Assembly (NCBI GenBank): GCA_016287855.1
Contig: JAEEXS010000019.1
Coordinates: 1 to 18,668, forward strand
Reading direction: 5' to 3'
Source of the DNA: Clostridia bacterium
GTDB lineage: Bacteria > Bacillota > Clostridia > TANB77 > RGIG9151
DNA: 18,668 bases
A program made the translations under genes and the position numbers. Shown here piece by piece: positions 6,648-15,573 of the stretch. The first letter of the stretch is position 1, and every line of letters starts with the position of its first letter. The notes under the pieces are model-generated. The model saw nothing but the letters and a program-made list of their open reading frames with translations. It did not search any database and was not told the DNA's origin.

Positions 6648-8093
6648 ATGAAACTAAGAGACTTATTAAAAGACGTAAAAATTATAGACTTAAATATTAG
6701 CCTTGACGAAGAAATAACAGACATATCCGGAGACTCTAGAAATATTAAAGAAAATTCAGCGTTTATATGTTTAGAAGGAACTAAATTTGATGGCCATTTA
6801 TATATATCTGACGCAATGAAATTGGGAGCAAAAGTTGCAATAACTCAAAAAGAAATGAAATTTGAAAACAACGAAAAATATGTAAGAATAGAAAGTGGTA
6901 GAAAACCTATTGCTAAAATGGCATGTAACTTCTTTGAAAATCCATCTTATAAATTTAAATTAATAGGTGTTACTGGAACAAAGGGAAAAACAACAACTAC
7001 ATATATGATAAAATCTATTTTGGAACAAAAAGGACTTAAAGTAGGATTGATAGGTACTATAGAAGCAAGAATAGGCGACACCCAACTTATGACATCAAGC
7101 AATACTACGCCTGATGCAATAGGGTTACAGCGACTTTTCCATACTATGGCAAATGAAAAAGTAGATGCAGTAGTTATGGAAGTTTCTTCTCATGCACTTG
7201 ATTTAGATAGAGTTTATGGAAGTGATTTTGATATTGGTATATTTACGAATTTAAGCCAAGATCACATGGACTACCACAAGAATTTTGAAAATTATTATCA
7301 AGCGAAAAAGATATTATTCTCTATGTGTAAAAAAGCGATAGTAAATGTAGATGATACTTATGGAAAGAGGCTTTTTGATGAAATTACTTGCGACAAAAAA
7401 TCTTTTGCAATAGATAATCCAGCAGATATAAAAGTAACTGATTTTGAAATAACTGCTAAAAATGTTACTTTCCATGAAAATAATATTAAATTCGTAGTAA
7501 AAATACCTGGTAAATTCTCAGTATATAACGCATTAGCCGGATTAAGCGTTGGTTATGAATTTAATTGTACTAACGAAGAAATTCAAAAAGGCTTTGATAA
7601 CCTAGTTGTTCCTGGTAGATCTGAAATTGTAAATATAGGAACTGATTATACAGTTATGGTAGATTATGCTCATTCACCAGATAGCTTAAAAAATATATTA
7701 CTTGCGACGAAGGAGTATGTAAAAGGAAGACTTATATGTGTTTTTGGTTGCGGAGGAGATAGAGATAGAACAAAGCGACCTATTATGGGCGAGATTTCTG
7801 CCAAACTTGCAGATATTTCAATAGTAACTTCAGATAACCCTAGAACAGAAGATCCTGAAGCTATTATTACCGAAATTGAAGGCGGATTAAAAAATGTAGG
7901 TAAAGAATATTTTAGAATACCAGATAGATCAGAAGCAATTTATAAAGCGTTGTCCATTGCTAAAAAAGATGATGTAATTGTTATCGCCGGAAAGGGGCAT
8001 GAACCATATCAAATACTAAAAGACAGAACGATACATTTTGATGATAGAGAACAAGTTCAAATTCAATATGAAAGGCTAAAAGAATCAAAATAA
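6648..8093 (+). CDS. murE: UDP-N-acetylmuramoyl-L-alanyl-D-glutamate--2,6-diaminopimelate ligase (MurE)
   Basis: 481 aa with the Mur ligase P-loop GVTGTKGKTTT, plus DYAHSPD and GCGGDRD. SDNPRTEDP contains the DNPR motif associated with meso-DAP-adding MurE enzymes. dcw synteny agrees. Confidence 0.94.
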   Translation: MKLRDLLKDVKIIDLNISLDEEITDISGDSRNIKENSAFICLEGTKFDGHLYISDAMKLGAKVAITQKEMKFENNEKYVRIESGRKPIAKMACNFFENPSYKFKLIGVTGTKGKTTTTYMIKSILEQKGLKVGLIGTIEARIGDTQLMTSSNTTPDAIGLQRLFHTMANEKVDAVVMEVSSHALDLDRVYGSDFDIGIFTNLSQDHMDYHKNFENYYQAKKILFSMCKKAIVNVDDTYGKRLFDEITCDKKSFAIDNPADIKVTDFEITAKNVTFHENNIKFVVKIPGKFSVYNALAGLSVGYEFNCTNEEIQKGFDNLVVPGRSEIVNIGTDYTVMVDYAHSPDSLKNILLATKEYVKGRLICVFGCGGDRDRTKRPIMGEISAKLADISIVTSDNPRTEDPEAIITEIEGGLKNVGKEYFRIPDRSEAIYKALSIAKKDDVIVIAGKGHEPYQILKDRTIHFDDREQVQIQYERLKESK

Positions 8094-8114
8094 TTTGGAA
8101 GGGATGAAAGTCTT

Positions 8115-9113
8115 ATGAATACTAGAGCAATAATTAGAGCTATAGTTACACCGCAATTTAAATATTTAGTAGGAGCATTTTTCATAACATGTGTTTTTGG
8201 AATATTGATTTTGCATTTTATAAAAAAATTCCATGTAAACCAACATATAAGAGATGATGGCCCCGAAAGCCATTTAAAAAAAGAAGGAACTCCTAGTATG
8301 GGAGGACTTATATTCCTAGCGGGTATTGTTTTTTCCACTATGGTAGCTATAATAAAAAGCCCTTCAAATAAATGGACTTTTATAGGTCTTTTAGTTGTAA
8401 CGGTATTGTATGGTCTTGTAGGTTTCCTTGATGACTATATAAAAATGAAGAAAAATCGTTCTTTAGGATTAAAAGCATGGCAAAAAATGTTTTTACTTTT
8501 AGTAGTATCAGGATTATTTGTTGCATATATGTTAAAGTGGCTTAATATTGGAACAGAAACTTACATACCTTTTTATAGACAATTTTTTGACATAGGTTAT
8601 TATTTCTTTATACCATTTGCAATACTTGTTTTAATTTCTACTACAAATGTAATGAATATAACCGACGGATTAGATGGTCTAGCAACAGGACTTACAATTA
8701 TAATTATGACATTTTTGACTGTAATATCTATTGCATTTGGGAACACTGCAACAACACTATTTTCGGCAATAGTTACAGGTTCTTGTTTGGCATTTTTGAT
8801 ATATAATTTGAACCCTGCAAAAGTCTTTATGGGTGATACGGGTTCATTAGCATTAGGCGGAGCAATAGGAGCAGTATCTTTAATTTTACAAATCCCAATA
8901 CTATTAATATTAGTTGCAGGTATTTGTGTAATAGAAGCACTTTCAGATATTGCACAAGTAGTATATTTTAAATTTACTAAAGGGAAGAGATTATTAAAAA
9001 TGGCACCACTACATCATCATCTAGAACTTAGTGGATGGAGTGAGAAAAAAATTGTATGGACTTTTTGGATATGGAGCATAGTTTTTGCAGTTCTTGCATT
9101 TATTTTAGTATAA
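8115..9113 (+). CDS. mraY: Phospho-N-acetylmuramoyl-pentapeptide transferase (MraY)
   Basis: 332 aa polytopic membrane protein. Motifs: GTPSMGG, GFLDDYIKM, NITDGLDGLA, FMGDTGSLALGG and APLHHHLE. Confidence 0.95.
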   Translation: MNTRAIIRAIVTPQFKYLVGAFFITCVFGILILHFIKKFHVNQHIRDDGPESHLKKEGTPSMGGLIFLAGIVFSTMVAIIKSPSNKWTFIGLLVVTVLYGLVGFLDDYIKMKKNRSLGLKAWQKMFLLLVVSGLFVAYMLKWLNIGTETYIPFYRQFFDIGYYFFIPFAILVLISTTNVMNITDGLDGLATGLTIIIMTFLTVISIAFGNTATTLFSAIVTGSCLAFLIYNLNPAKVFMGDTGSLALGGAIGAVSLILQIPILLILVAGICVIEALSDIAQVVYFKFTKGKRLLKMAPLHHHLELSGWSEKKIVWTFWIWSIVFAVLAFILV

Positions 9114-9128
9114 CGAAAGGAGCAAATA

Positions 9129-10232
9129 ATGAAATCTAAATTAAAACCTTTTGATTATACATTATTTACAGTAGTTCTAATCATCTTCGGATTAGGGCTT
9201 CTTATGGTACTTAGTGCAAGTTCTCATTTAGGAATGTTAAGCTATAAAAATCCATATTACTTTTTCTTGCGCCAATTATTTTTTGGAGCTTTAGGAATTG
9301 CAGTAATGTGGGTTTTGTCTAGGTTGGATTATAAATTTTATAAAAATTACTCAGGTCTAATATTTTTAGGCGCAATATTTTTATTAGGTTTAGTTTTAAT
9401 ACCAGGAATAGGAAGTGGAGATGTAAGAGGAGCGAAACGTTGGATAAATTTAAAGGTTTTTAATCTTCAGCCGTCAGAAGTAGCAAAGCTTGCAGTAATT
9501 CTTTTCTTATCTGCTAGAATTGCAATGGATCCGAAAAGAATAAAACATTTTTGGAAAGGGTTAGTAGTATATATTGCTTGCATTGGAGTTATTGAAGGAC
9601 TCTTATTTTTAGAACCACATTATAGTGCGATGGGGTTAATTGGAATAATTTCAGTAATTATACTATTTGTAGGTGGAGCAAAATTATCTCACTTTTTTAT
9701 ATTAGGTGTTCCAGTATTATCACTGGGAGCAGTAGGAATAATTATTTCAAAATATAGATTAAATAGAATTATAGGCTTCTTAGACCCGTGGGCTGACTTA
9801 AGAGGAAGTGGTTGGCAGGTAGTTCAATCTTTATATGCATTAGGAAGTGGAGGAATATTTGGACTTGGTTTAGGGCAAAGTAAACAAAAATACTCATATT
9901 TACCAGATGCTCATAACGATTTTATTTTAGCAATACTTGGCGAAGAACTTGGATTAATTGGTATGATAATAGTTGTAGTGCTATTTTTAATCCTTATTTG
10001 GCGTGGAGTTGTAATAGCAACCAAAGCTCCAGACATGTTTTCAGGCTTGCTTGCAACAGGAATAACTATGCTTATTGCAGTACAACTACTTTTTAATATT
10101 GCAATTATTACATCATGGTTTCCAGTTACAGGAATGCCAGTTCCATTTATGAGTTATGGTGGTACATCGATGATTATATTTATGGCGAGTACGGGCATCT
10201 TATTAAATATTTCGCGACATACGATAAAGTAA
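9129..10232 (+). CDS. ftsW: SEDS-family peptidoglycan glycosyltransferase FtsW/SpoVE
   Basis: 367 aa with about 10 TM segments. SEDS motifs include RWINL..FNLQPSEVAKL, LPDAHNDFI and PFMSYGGTS. RBS AAGGAG precedes ATG 9129. It sits in the dcw cluster after mraY. Confidence 0.9.
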   Translation: MKSKLKPFDYTLFTVVLIIFGLGLLMVLSASSHLGMLSYKNPYYFFLRQLFFGALGIAVMWVLSRLDYKFYKNYSGLIFLGAIFLLGLVLIPGIGSGDVRGAKRWINLKVFNLQPSEVAKLAVILFLSARIAMDPKRIKHFWKGLVVYIACIGVIEGLLFLEPHYSAMGLIGIISVIILFVGGAKLSHFFILGVPVLSLGAVGIIISKYRLNRIIGFLDPWADLRGSGWQVVQSLYALGSGGIFGLGLGQSKQKYSYLPDAHNDFILAILGEELGLIGMIIVVVLFLILIWRGVVIATKAPDMFSGLLATGITMLIAVQLLFNIAIITSWFPVTGMPVPFMSYGGTSMIIFMASTGILLNISRHTIK

Positions 10233-10256
10233 TTTTTAAAAGGAGGAAAAGTAATC

Positions 10257-12866
10257 GTGGCAAAATTAGTAGTTATAGACGGAAACAGCATAATGAACAG
10301 AGCCTTCTACGGATTATCTGGACGTAATATGCTAACGACAAAAAAAGGCGTACCAACTAACGCAATATATGGATTTTTAACAATATTATTTAAAATACTA
10401 AACGAAGACAAACCGGATTATTTAACAGTAGCATTTGACTTAAAAGCTCCTACCTTTCGTCATAAAATGTATGACGGCTATAAAGCTCAAAGAAAAGGAA
10501 TGCCGGACGAGCTCGCAACTCAAATGCCTATAATAAAAGAAGTATTAGATGCAATGAATATAAGCCGAATCGAAATGGAAGGGTTTGAAGCAGACGATAT
10601 TTTAGGAACACTCGCTAAAAAAGCCAAAAAGCAAGGAATAGAAGTAATATTATTTACTGGAGATAGAGATTCTTTTCAACTCATAGAAGATGGAATAAAT
10701 GTAAAATTGCCTGTTACTAAAGGCGGAAAAACAGAAACTGAAATTTATGACGAAGAAAAAATTCAAGAAAAATATGGGGTTATGCCTCTTGATTTAATAA
10801 ATGTAAAAGGTCTTATGGGAGATACATCAGATAATATCCCAGGAGTGCCAGGAATAGGTGAAAAGACTGCTCTTGGTTTTATTCAAAAATTCAAAACAAT
10901 AGAAAATTTATATGAAAATATTGATGATGCAATAGTTAAACCCAAAGCAAAAGAAGCATTAACAGAATTTAAAGATTTAGCTTTTTTAAGTAGAACTCTA
11001 GCAACTATAAATACAGATATTCCGCTAGAGTTTAGTGAAGAATATAAAGTTCGTGAAGTAAACAGTGAAAAGTTGTATGAGATATTTAATGAACTCGAAT
11101 TTTCTTCTTTTATAAAACGACTAAATTTAGTACCTGGAGCAAGCAGTGTAACTATCGAATTTGAGCCAGTTGAAGGGGAAAAATCGAACGTTTCAATATT
11201 AAATACTTTAAACGAATTTGCATTTTATATATCTTATGAAAAACCATATCAAATAGGAATATATTCAGATAAAGGCACTTTTTGTTTAGAATCAGTAGAT
11301 AAAGATTCTTTATTTAAAGCTGTCTTTGAATGTGATGCAAAAAAATATGGTATATATACAAAGCCTTTATATATAGAATTAAAGGATATGGGTATTAAAT
11401 TAAAGAATTTAACCTTTGATTTAAATATTGCAGAATACATTGTTGATGCGCTTAACGTGTCAAAAAGTATTGAAGAATTTATAGATAAAAAATATGGTTT
11501 TGATATAAATACTTTAAAAGAAGAAAAAGAAAATCAAATAAGTCTTTTTGAAACAGAAAGTAAAGTAGATAACAATAAATATGTGTGTTCCATAGCTAAA
11601 ATGATATGGGAGCAAAAAGATTCTTATTTAGAGGAAATTAAGAAAAATAATCAAGAGAAATTATTTAATGAAATAGAGATGCCGCTAATTGAAGTGCTTG
11701 CAGATATGCAGATTGCAGGCATGAAGGTAGATAAAGAAAGATTAAAAAATTATGGAATAGAACTTCAAACAAAGATAAACTTTTTAGCGGAAGAAATAAA
11801 AAAACTAGCTGGGGAAGATTTTAATATAAATTCTCCAAAACAACTAGGTCAAATTTTATTTGAAAAATTAAAACTTAATCCACCTAAGAAAACTCATTCT
11901 GGGTACTCAACTGATGCAGATACTTTGGAAAAATTAAGAGAAGATCATCCGATTATAGAAAAAGTTTTGGAATATAAGCAACTTGCGAAACTAAAATCTA
12001 CCTATGTTGATGGCTTTGAGACGGTAATAAATCCTAGTACTGGAAGAATACATTCAAACTTCAACCAAACTATTACTGCAACGGGTAGGCTTAGTAGTAC
12101 AGAGCCAAATCTTCAAAATATTCCTGTAAGAACAGAAGAAGGCAAAAAAATTCGAGATATGTTTATTCCGGAAGAGGGATATGTATATATTGATGCAGAT
12201 TATTCACAAATTGAGTTAAGAGTTTTAGCAAATATGGCACATGATAAAGTTATGCTTGAAGCATTTAATAATGACGAAGATATTCATGCAACGACCGCAA
12301 GTCAGATTTTTCATGTAAGTTTAGAAGAAGTTACTCCAATTCTTCGTTCTCGTGCTAAAGCTGTAAACTTTGGAATTGTATATGGGCAAGGAAGTTTTTC
12401 ATTATCTCAAGATTTAAAAATTTCTCGTAAAGAAGCAGAAGAATATATCAATTCATATTTTGAGCATTTTAGTGGAATAAAAGAATTTCAAGATAATAGT
12501 ATTAAAAATGCCCGTGAAAAAGGGTATTGTGAAACTATTTTTAATAGAAGAAGAGCTTTACCTGAGATTAAATCAAGTAATTTTAACATACGTTCTTTTG
12601 GTGAACGTATTGCTATGAATATGCCGATACAAGGTAGTGCAGCAGATATTATAAAAATCGCAATGATTATGGTCAGCGAAAAATTAAAAGGCACAGATTC
12701 AAAATTAATTCTTCAAGTACACGATGAACTTATAATTGAAGCACCAACTGATAAGGCAGAAGAAGTTAAAAAAATAGTTGTTGAATGTATGGAGAATGCA
12801 GTAAAACTGGACGTACTTTTAAAGGTAGATGCTAACATTGGAAATAGTTGGCTAGAAGCTAAATAA
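10257..12866 (+). CDS. polA: DNA polymerase I (5'-3' exonuclease, vestigial 3'-5' exonuclease domain, family A polymerase)
   Basis: GTG start at 10257 with AGGAGG at 10241-10246. The 5' nuclease N-terminus is LVVIDGNSIMNRAFYG...GDRDSFQL...SDNIPGVPGIGEKTA. Pol A motifs are DYSQIELRVLA (A), RSRAKAVNFGIVYG (B) and QVHDELIIE (C). I find no DxE Exo I motif in the middle domain (FAFYISYEKP instead). Confidence 0.97.
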   Translation: MAKLVVIDGNSIMNRAFYGLSGRNMLTTKKGVPTNAIYGFLTILFKILNEDKPDYLTVAFDLKAPTFRHKMYDGYKAQRKGMPDELATQMPIIKEVLDAMNISRIEMEGFEADDILGTLAKKAKKQGIEVILFTGDRDSFQLIEDGINVKLPVTKGGKTETEIYDEEKIQEKYGVMPLDLINVKGLMGDTSDNIPGVPGIGEKTALGFIQKFKTIENLYENIDDAIVKPKAKEALTEFKDLAFLSRTLATINTDIPLEFSEEYKVREVNSEKLYEIFNELEFSSFIKRLNLVPGASSVTIEFEPVEGEKSNVSILNTLNEFAFYISYEKPYQIGIYSDKGTFCLESVDKDSLFKAVFECDAKKYGIYTKPLYIELKDMGIKLKNLTFDLNIAEYIVDALNVSKSIEEFIDKKYGFDINTLKEEKENQISLFETESKVDNNKYVCSIAKMIWEQKDSYLEEIKKNNQEKLFNEIEMPLIEVLADMQIAGMKVDKERLKNYGIELQTKINFLAEEIKKLAGEDFNINSPKQLGQILFEKLKLNPPKKTHSGYSTDADTLEKLREDHPIIEKVLEYKQLAKLKSTYVDGFETVINPSTGRIHSNFNQTITATGRLSSTEPNLQNIPVRTEEGKKIRDMFIPEEGYVYIDADYSQIELRVLANMAHDKVMLEAFNNDEDIHATTASQIFHVSLEEVTPILRSRAKAVNFGIVYGQGSFSLSQDLKISRKEAEEYINSYFEHFSGIKEFQDNSIKNAREKGYCETIFNRRRALPEIKSSNFNIRSFGERIAMNMPIQGSAADIIKIAMIMVSEKLKGTDSKLILQVHDELIIEAPTDKAEEVKKIVVECMENAVKLDVLLKVDANIGNSWLEAK

Positions 12867-12881
12867 GAGAGGAAAATTAAA

Positions 12882-13478
12882 TTGGCCAAAAAGAAAAATG
12901 GTTGCTTAGAGGGAGTTTTTGATATGATATCAATACTTGTTTGTTTAGTATTGATAGGCGCTTTCTTTACTAAGCTTTTTGATGTGAATACATTTTATCG
13001 AAATAGATATCCAATAGTATATAAAGAAACTGTTGAAAAATATTGTGATTTATACGGAGTGGACGAATACTTAGTTCAAGCAGTAATCCGTACAGAAAGT
13101 TTTTTTAACGAAAAAGCAGTTTCAAAAAAGGGCGCTATTGGACTTATGCAAATTATGCCTGAAACAGGAACATGGGTTGCAGAAAAACTTAATTTAGAAA
13201 ATTTTACAACAGAGGACTTGTTTCAACCAGAAAAAAATATTATGATAGGTGTATGGTATATTAGTTTTTTGTCAGATAAATTTAAAGGTAATTTAGATAA
13301 CGTGATTGCCGCATATAATGCGGGACCAAGCAATGTTTCTAAATGGCTCTCTACAGAAGACACAAGTAGTGATGGTGAAAATTTATTAGATATACCATTT
13401 AGTGAAACTAAAAAATACAGTGAAAAAGTGAAAACAGCATACGATATGTACTTAAAAATATATAATGAGGTTCGATGA
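12882..13478 (+). CDS. Membrane-anchored lytic transglycosylase (SLT / GH23 domain)
   Basis: N-terminal TM segment (ISILVCLVLIGAFF). SLT motifs are VIRTESFFNEKAVSKKGAIGLMQIMPETG (catalytic Glu in TES) and AAYNAGPSNV. The start is either TTG 12882 (RBS GAGAGGAAA) or ATG 12924 (RBS AGAGGGAG 8 nt upstream). Confidence 0.85.
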   Translation: MAKKKNGCLEGVFDMISILVCLVLIGAFFTKLFDVNTFYRNRYPIVYKETVEKYCDLYGVDEYLVQAVIRTESFFNEKAVSKKGAIGLMQIMPETGTWVAEKLNLENFTTEDLFQPEKNIMIGVWYISFLSDKFKGNLDNVIAAYNAGPSNVSKWLSTEDTSSDGENLLDIPFSETKKYSEKVKTAYDMYLKIYNEVR

Positions 13479-13510
13479 TTACATAAGCTATAAAAAGAGA
13501 GGTATTTGTT

Positions 13511-14893
13511 ATGCATAATGAGGTTATTTCAGATGCAAAAAAGAGAATTTTGAATTTAATTGATTCGGAAAGTTTTTTTGAAATTGATGCTCTTAAGGGG
13601 AAAGGAGTTATTGCAGGATATGGGACCATTTCTAGTCGGCCAGTTTGCATATTTTCTCAAGATTTTTCCATTATGTCAGGGGCCATTACTTATGAAAATT
13701 GCGAAAAGATTTGTAAAATAATTGACATGGCAGTAAATACTGGAGTGCCACTAATAGGATTTTATGATTCTATGGGTGCAAAGATTGACGAGGGTGTAGA
13801 AGTATTTGCGGGGCTTCAAAAGGTACTGTCTAAACTATCTAATGCTTCTGGTGTTATTCCACAGATTGCTATTGTTTCTGGTATATCTGCTGGAATTGCA
13901 ACATTTGCAGTTAGTTTTAGTGACTTTGTATTTATGATAGAAAATAAAAGTAAATTATTTATCTCTGGAGCTCAAGCAGTAACTGCTGTAACTGGGGAAC
14001 AATTAGATATAGAAAGCTATGCGGGAGCAAAAAATCATTTTGAAAATACGGGTAGCTGTAGTTTTATGTGCAAAAATGATAAAGCTTGTATAAGTAAAAT
14101 TAAAGAATTATTAAGCTTTTTGCCGGATAATAATTTGGCAGATAGTGAGATTATAGAAAAAGATGAAAATAATAGAGTTTGTGAAGAGCTTTTAAAAGAG
14201 AATATAGACGTTTTTGATGTAATTAATTCTGTTTGTGATGAAAATAAATTTTTTGAAATTAATTCTGGTTTTGCTAAAAACATTGTTACTGGTTTCGGAA
14301 GAATTGGTGGAAGAGTAGCCGGAATAGTAGCAAATAATGCTATAGAGTTAGAAGGAAAATTAAATATAGATGGCGTAGATAAGGCTTCAAAGTTCGTAAA
14401 GTTTTGTGATTCCTTTAATATACCTGTGGTTACTTTTATAGATAACGATGGATTTGTTGTATCGGTAGAAGAGGAAAATAAAGGGTTGGTAAAAAAGAGT
14501 GCAAAGCTTTTGTTTGCGTACGCAGATTGCACTTCGCCGAAGGTTAATGTTATTTTTGGGAAGGCGTTTGGAGGAGCTAATTTAGCTATGGGAACTATGG
14601 CAGATATAGTAATTGCATGGAATACGGCAAAGATATCTGTAGTAAATCCGAGAGGTGCAGTAAATGTTTTGTATAGTGAAGATATTGCAGAAGCAGATTC
14701 ACCAGTAGAATTTAGACAACAAAAAACAGAAGAATATATTGAAAATAATGCTATGGCAGAAAATGCTTCTGGCTTTGTGGATTCAGTTATTTCACCTGTT
14801 GAAACAAGACAAAGAATAATAAGTGCATTGGATATGTTTTCAAGTAAAAGAGAAATTAAAGCAGTAAAAAGACATGAAAGTATTTCTTTTTAA
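13511..14893 (+). CDS. Acyl-CoA carboxyltransferase domain protein (methylmalonyl-/glutaconyl-CoA decarboxylase alpha or PccB-like), divergent
   Basis: 460 aa with a two-lobed crotonase-like CT pattern. N lobe: VIAGYGTISSRPVCIFSQDF...GFYDSMGAKIDEG...GVIPQIAIVSG. C lobe: GFGRIGGRVAGIVANN...KASKFVKFCDSFNIPVVTFIDNDGF...SAKLLFAYADCTSPKVNVIFGKAFGGA. Several normally invariant Gly positions are substituted (see findings). Confidence 0.85.
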   Translation: MHNEVISDAKKRILNLIDSESFFEIDALKGKGVIAGYGTISSRPVCIFSQDFSIMSGAITYENCEKICKIIDMAVNTGVPLIGFYDSMGAKIDEGVEVFAGLQKVLSKLSNASGVIPQIAIVSGISAGIATFAVSFSDFVFMIENKSKLFISGAQAVTAVTGEQLDIESYAGAKNHFENTGSCSFMCKNDKACISKIKELLSFLPDNNLADSEIIEKDENNRVCEELLKENIDVFDVINSVCDENKFFEINSGFAKNIVTGFGRIGGRVAGIVANNAIELEGKLNIDGVDKASKFVKFCDSFNIPVVTFIDNDGFVVSVEEENKGLVKKSAKLLFAYADCTSPKVNVIFGKAFGGANLAMGTMADIVIAWNTAKISVVNPRGAVNVLYSEDIAEADSPVEFRQQKTEEYIENNAMAENASGFVDSVISPVETRQRIISALDMFSSKREIKAVKRHESISF

Positions 14894-14904
14894 GGAGATA
14901 GAAA

Positions 14905-15096
14905 ATGTATAATATAAATATTTTGAGTGAGTGTAATGATGAAGAAACAAGAGTAGCTATTATTGCTAGTGTAAATGAATTTTTGAGTAAAAATAGTGGT
15001 AGTAGTTTTTTCGTAAATAGAATGAAACGTGGAAAAACAAATACTCCTGTTTGGAATATAGTTTCACGACAAGAAAATTTGAATAATAAGTTTTAA
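14905..15096 (+). CDS. Small 63-aa protein, possible accessory subunit of the biotin-dependent enzyme (weak resemblance to OadG/MmdD C-terminal motif, no TM anchor)
   Basis: Good RBS (AAGGAG 14892-14897) before ATG 14905, and tight packing between the CT and BCCP genes. The pattern DEETRVAIIASVNEFL ... TPVWNIVSRQENL resembles, from memory, the acidic/Ala-Ile helix plus W-x4-R-x-E tail of gamma/delta subunits of Na+-decarboxylases. No hydrophobic segment is present. Confidence 0.55.
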   Translation: MYNINILSECNDEETRVAIIASVNEFLSKNSGSSFFVNRMKRGKTNTPVWNIVSRQENLNNKF

Positions 15097-15120
15097 TTTA
15101 CCGGAAGGATTGTGATTAAT

Positions 15121-15504
15121 ATGAAAAAGTTTTTAAAGGTGACTGTTAATGGGAATACCTATGACGTTGAAGTTGAGGAAGTAAAAGAAGGAGAAAAAGT
15201 AGAAGCACAAGTGCAAGCTACTAAAGAGGTAACCCCTCCTACACCTACTAAGGAAGAAAAAGTAGAGCAACCAGTAGCTAAAAAAGAAGGAAGCATAAAA
15301 GTACCTGCGCCTATGCCGGGCAATATATGGAAGATAAAAACTTCTGTTGGCGCGAAAGTAGAAAAGCATGAAGTACTACTTATTTTAGAAGCAATGAAAA
15401 TGGAAAATGAAATTGTTGCACCTGAGGCGGGTACAGTTACTAATATATTGGTAAAAGAGGGCGATGCAGTTGAGCCTGGGAAAATAATGGTTGAATTAGC
15501 TTAA
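15121..15504 (+). CDS. Biotin carboxyl carrier protein / biotinyl-lipoyl domain subunit
   Basis: The C-terminal biotinyl domain has the canonical EAMKMENEI motif (AMKM at 15391-15402, biotinyl-Lys codon 15397-15399), preceded by a Pro/Glu/Lys-rich linker (TPPTPTKEEKVEQPVAKKE). I place the start at ATG 15121 (GGAAGGA at 15103-15109) rather than the track's GTG 15112. Confidence 0.9.
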   Translation: MKKFLKVTVNGNTYDVEVEEVKEGEKVEAQVQATKEVTPPTPTKEEKVEQPVAKKEGSIKVPAPMPGNIWKIKTSVGAKVEKHEVLLILEAMKMENEIVAPEAGTVTNILVKEGDAVEPGKIMVELA

Positions 15505-15512
15505 AAAATTTG

Positions 15513-15541
15513 TTGCATTTTCTTGAATAATGATTTAATAT
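15513..15541 (+). promoter_or_regulatory. Possible sigma-A promoter for the ferredoxin gene
   Basis: TTGCAT at 15513-15518, 17-nt spacer, TAATAT at 15536-15541, about 30 nt upstream of ATG 15574. Weak call in AT-rich sequence. Confidence 0.3.
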
Positions 15542-15573
15542 AATTAAGTAAGAATATAAGGAGGTGTGTTTTT

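Noticed and set aside
10115-10327. 70-aa + strand ORF spanning the ftsW-polA junction
   Set aside because: It is out of frame with both well-supported genes and overlaps their conserved termini. It has no RBS.
14035-14532. 165-aa minus-strand ORF antisense to the carboxyltransferase gene (similar shadows at 13223-13650, 15133-15369, 11249-11440, 12488-12694, 8063-8338, 3962-4147, 1270-1464 and 2048-2239)
   Set aside because: All are embedded antisense in genes with clear family motifs. They are Ser/Leu/Phe/Ile-rich translations typical of AT-rich antisense frames, with no RBS and no motifs.
15112-15120. GTG 15112 as the start of the BCCP gene
   Set aside because: The SD-like GGAAGGA (15103-15109) is only 2 nt from GTG 15112 but 11 nt from ATG 15121. 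The ATG is the more plausible start.
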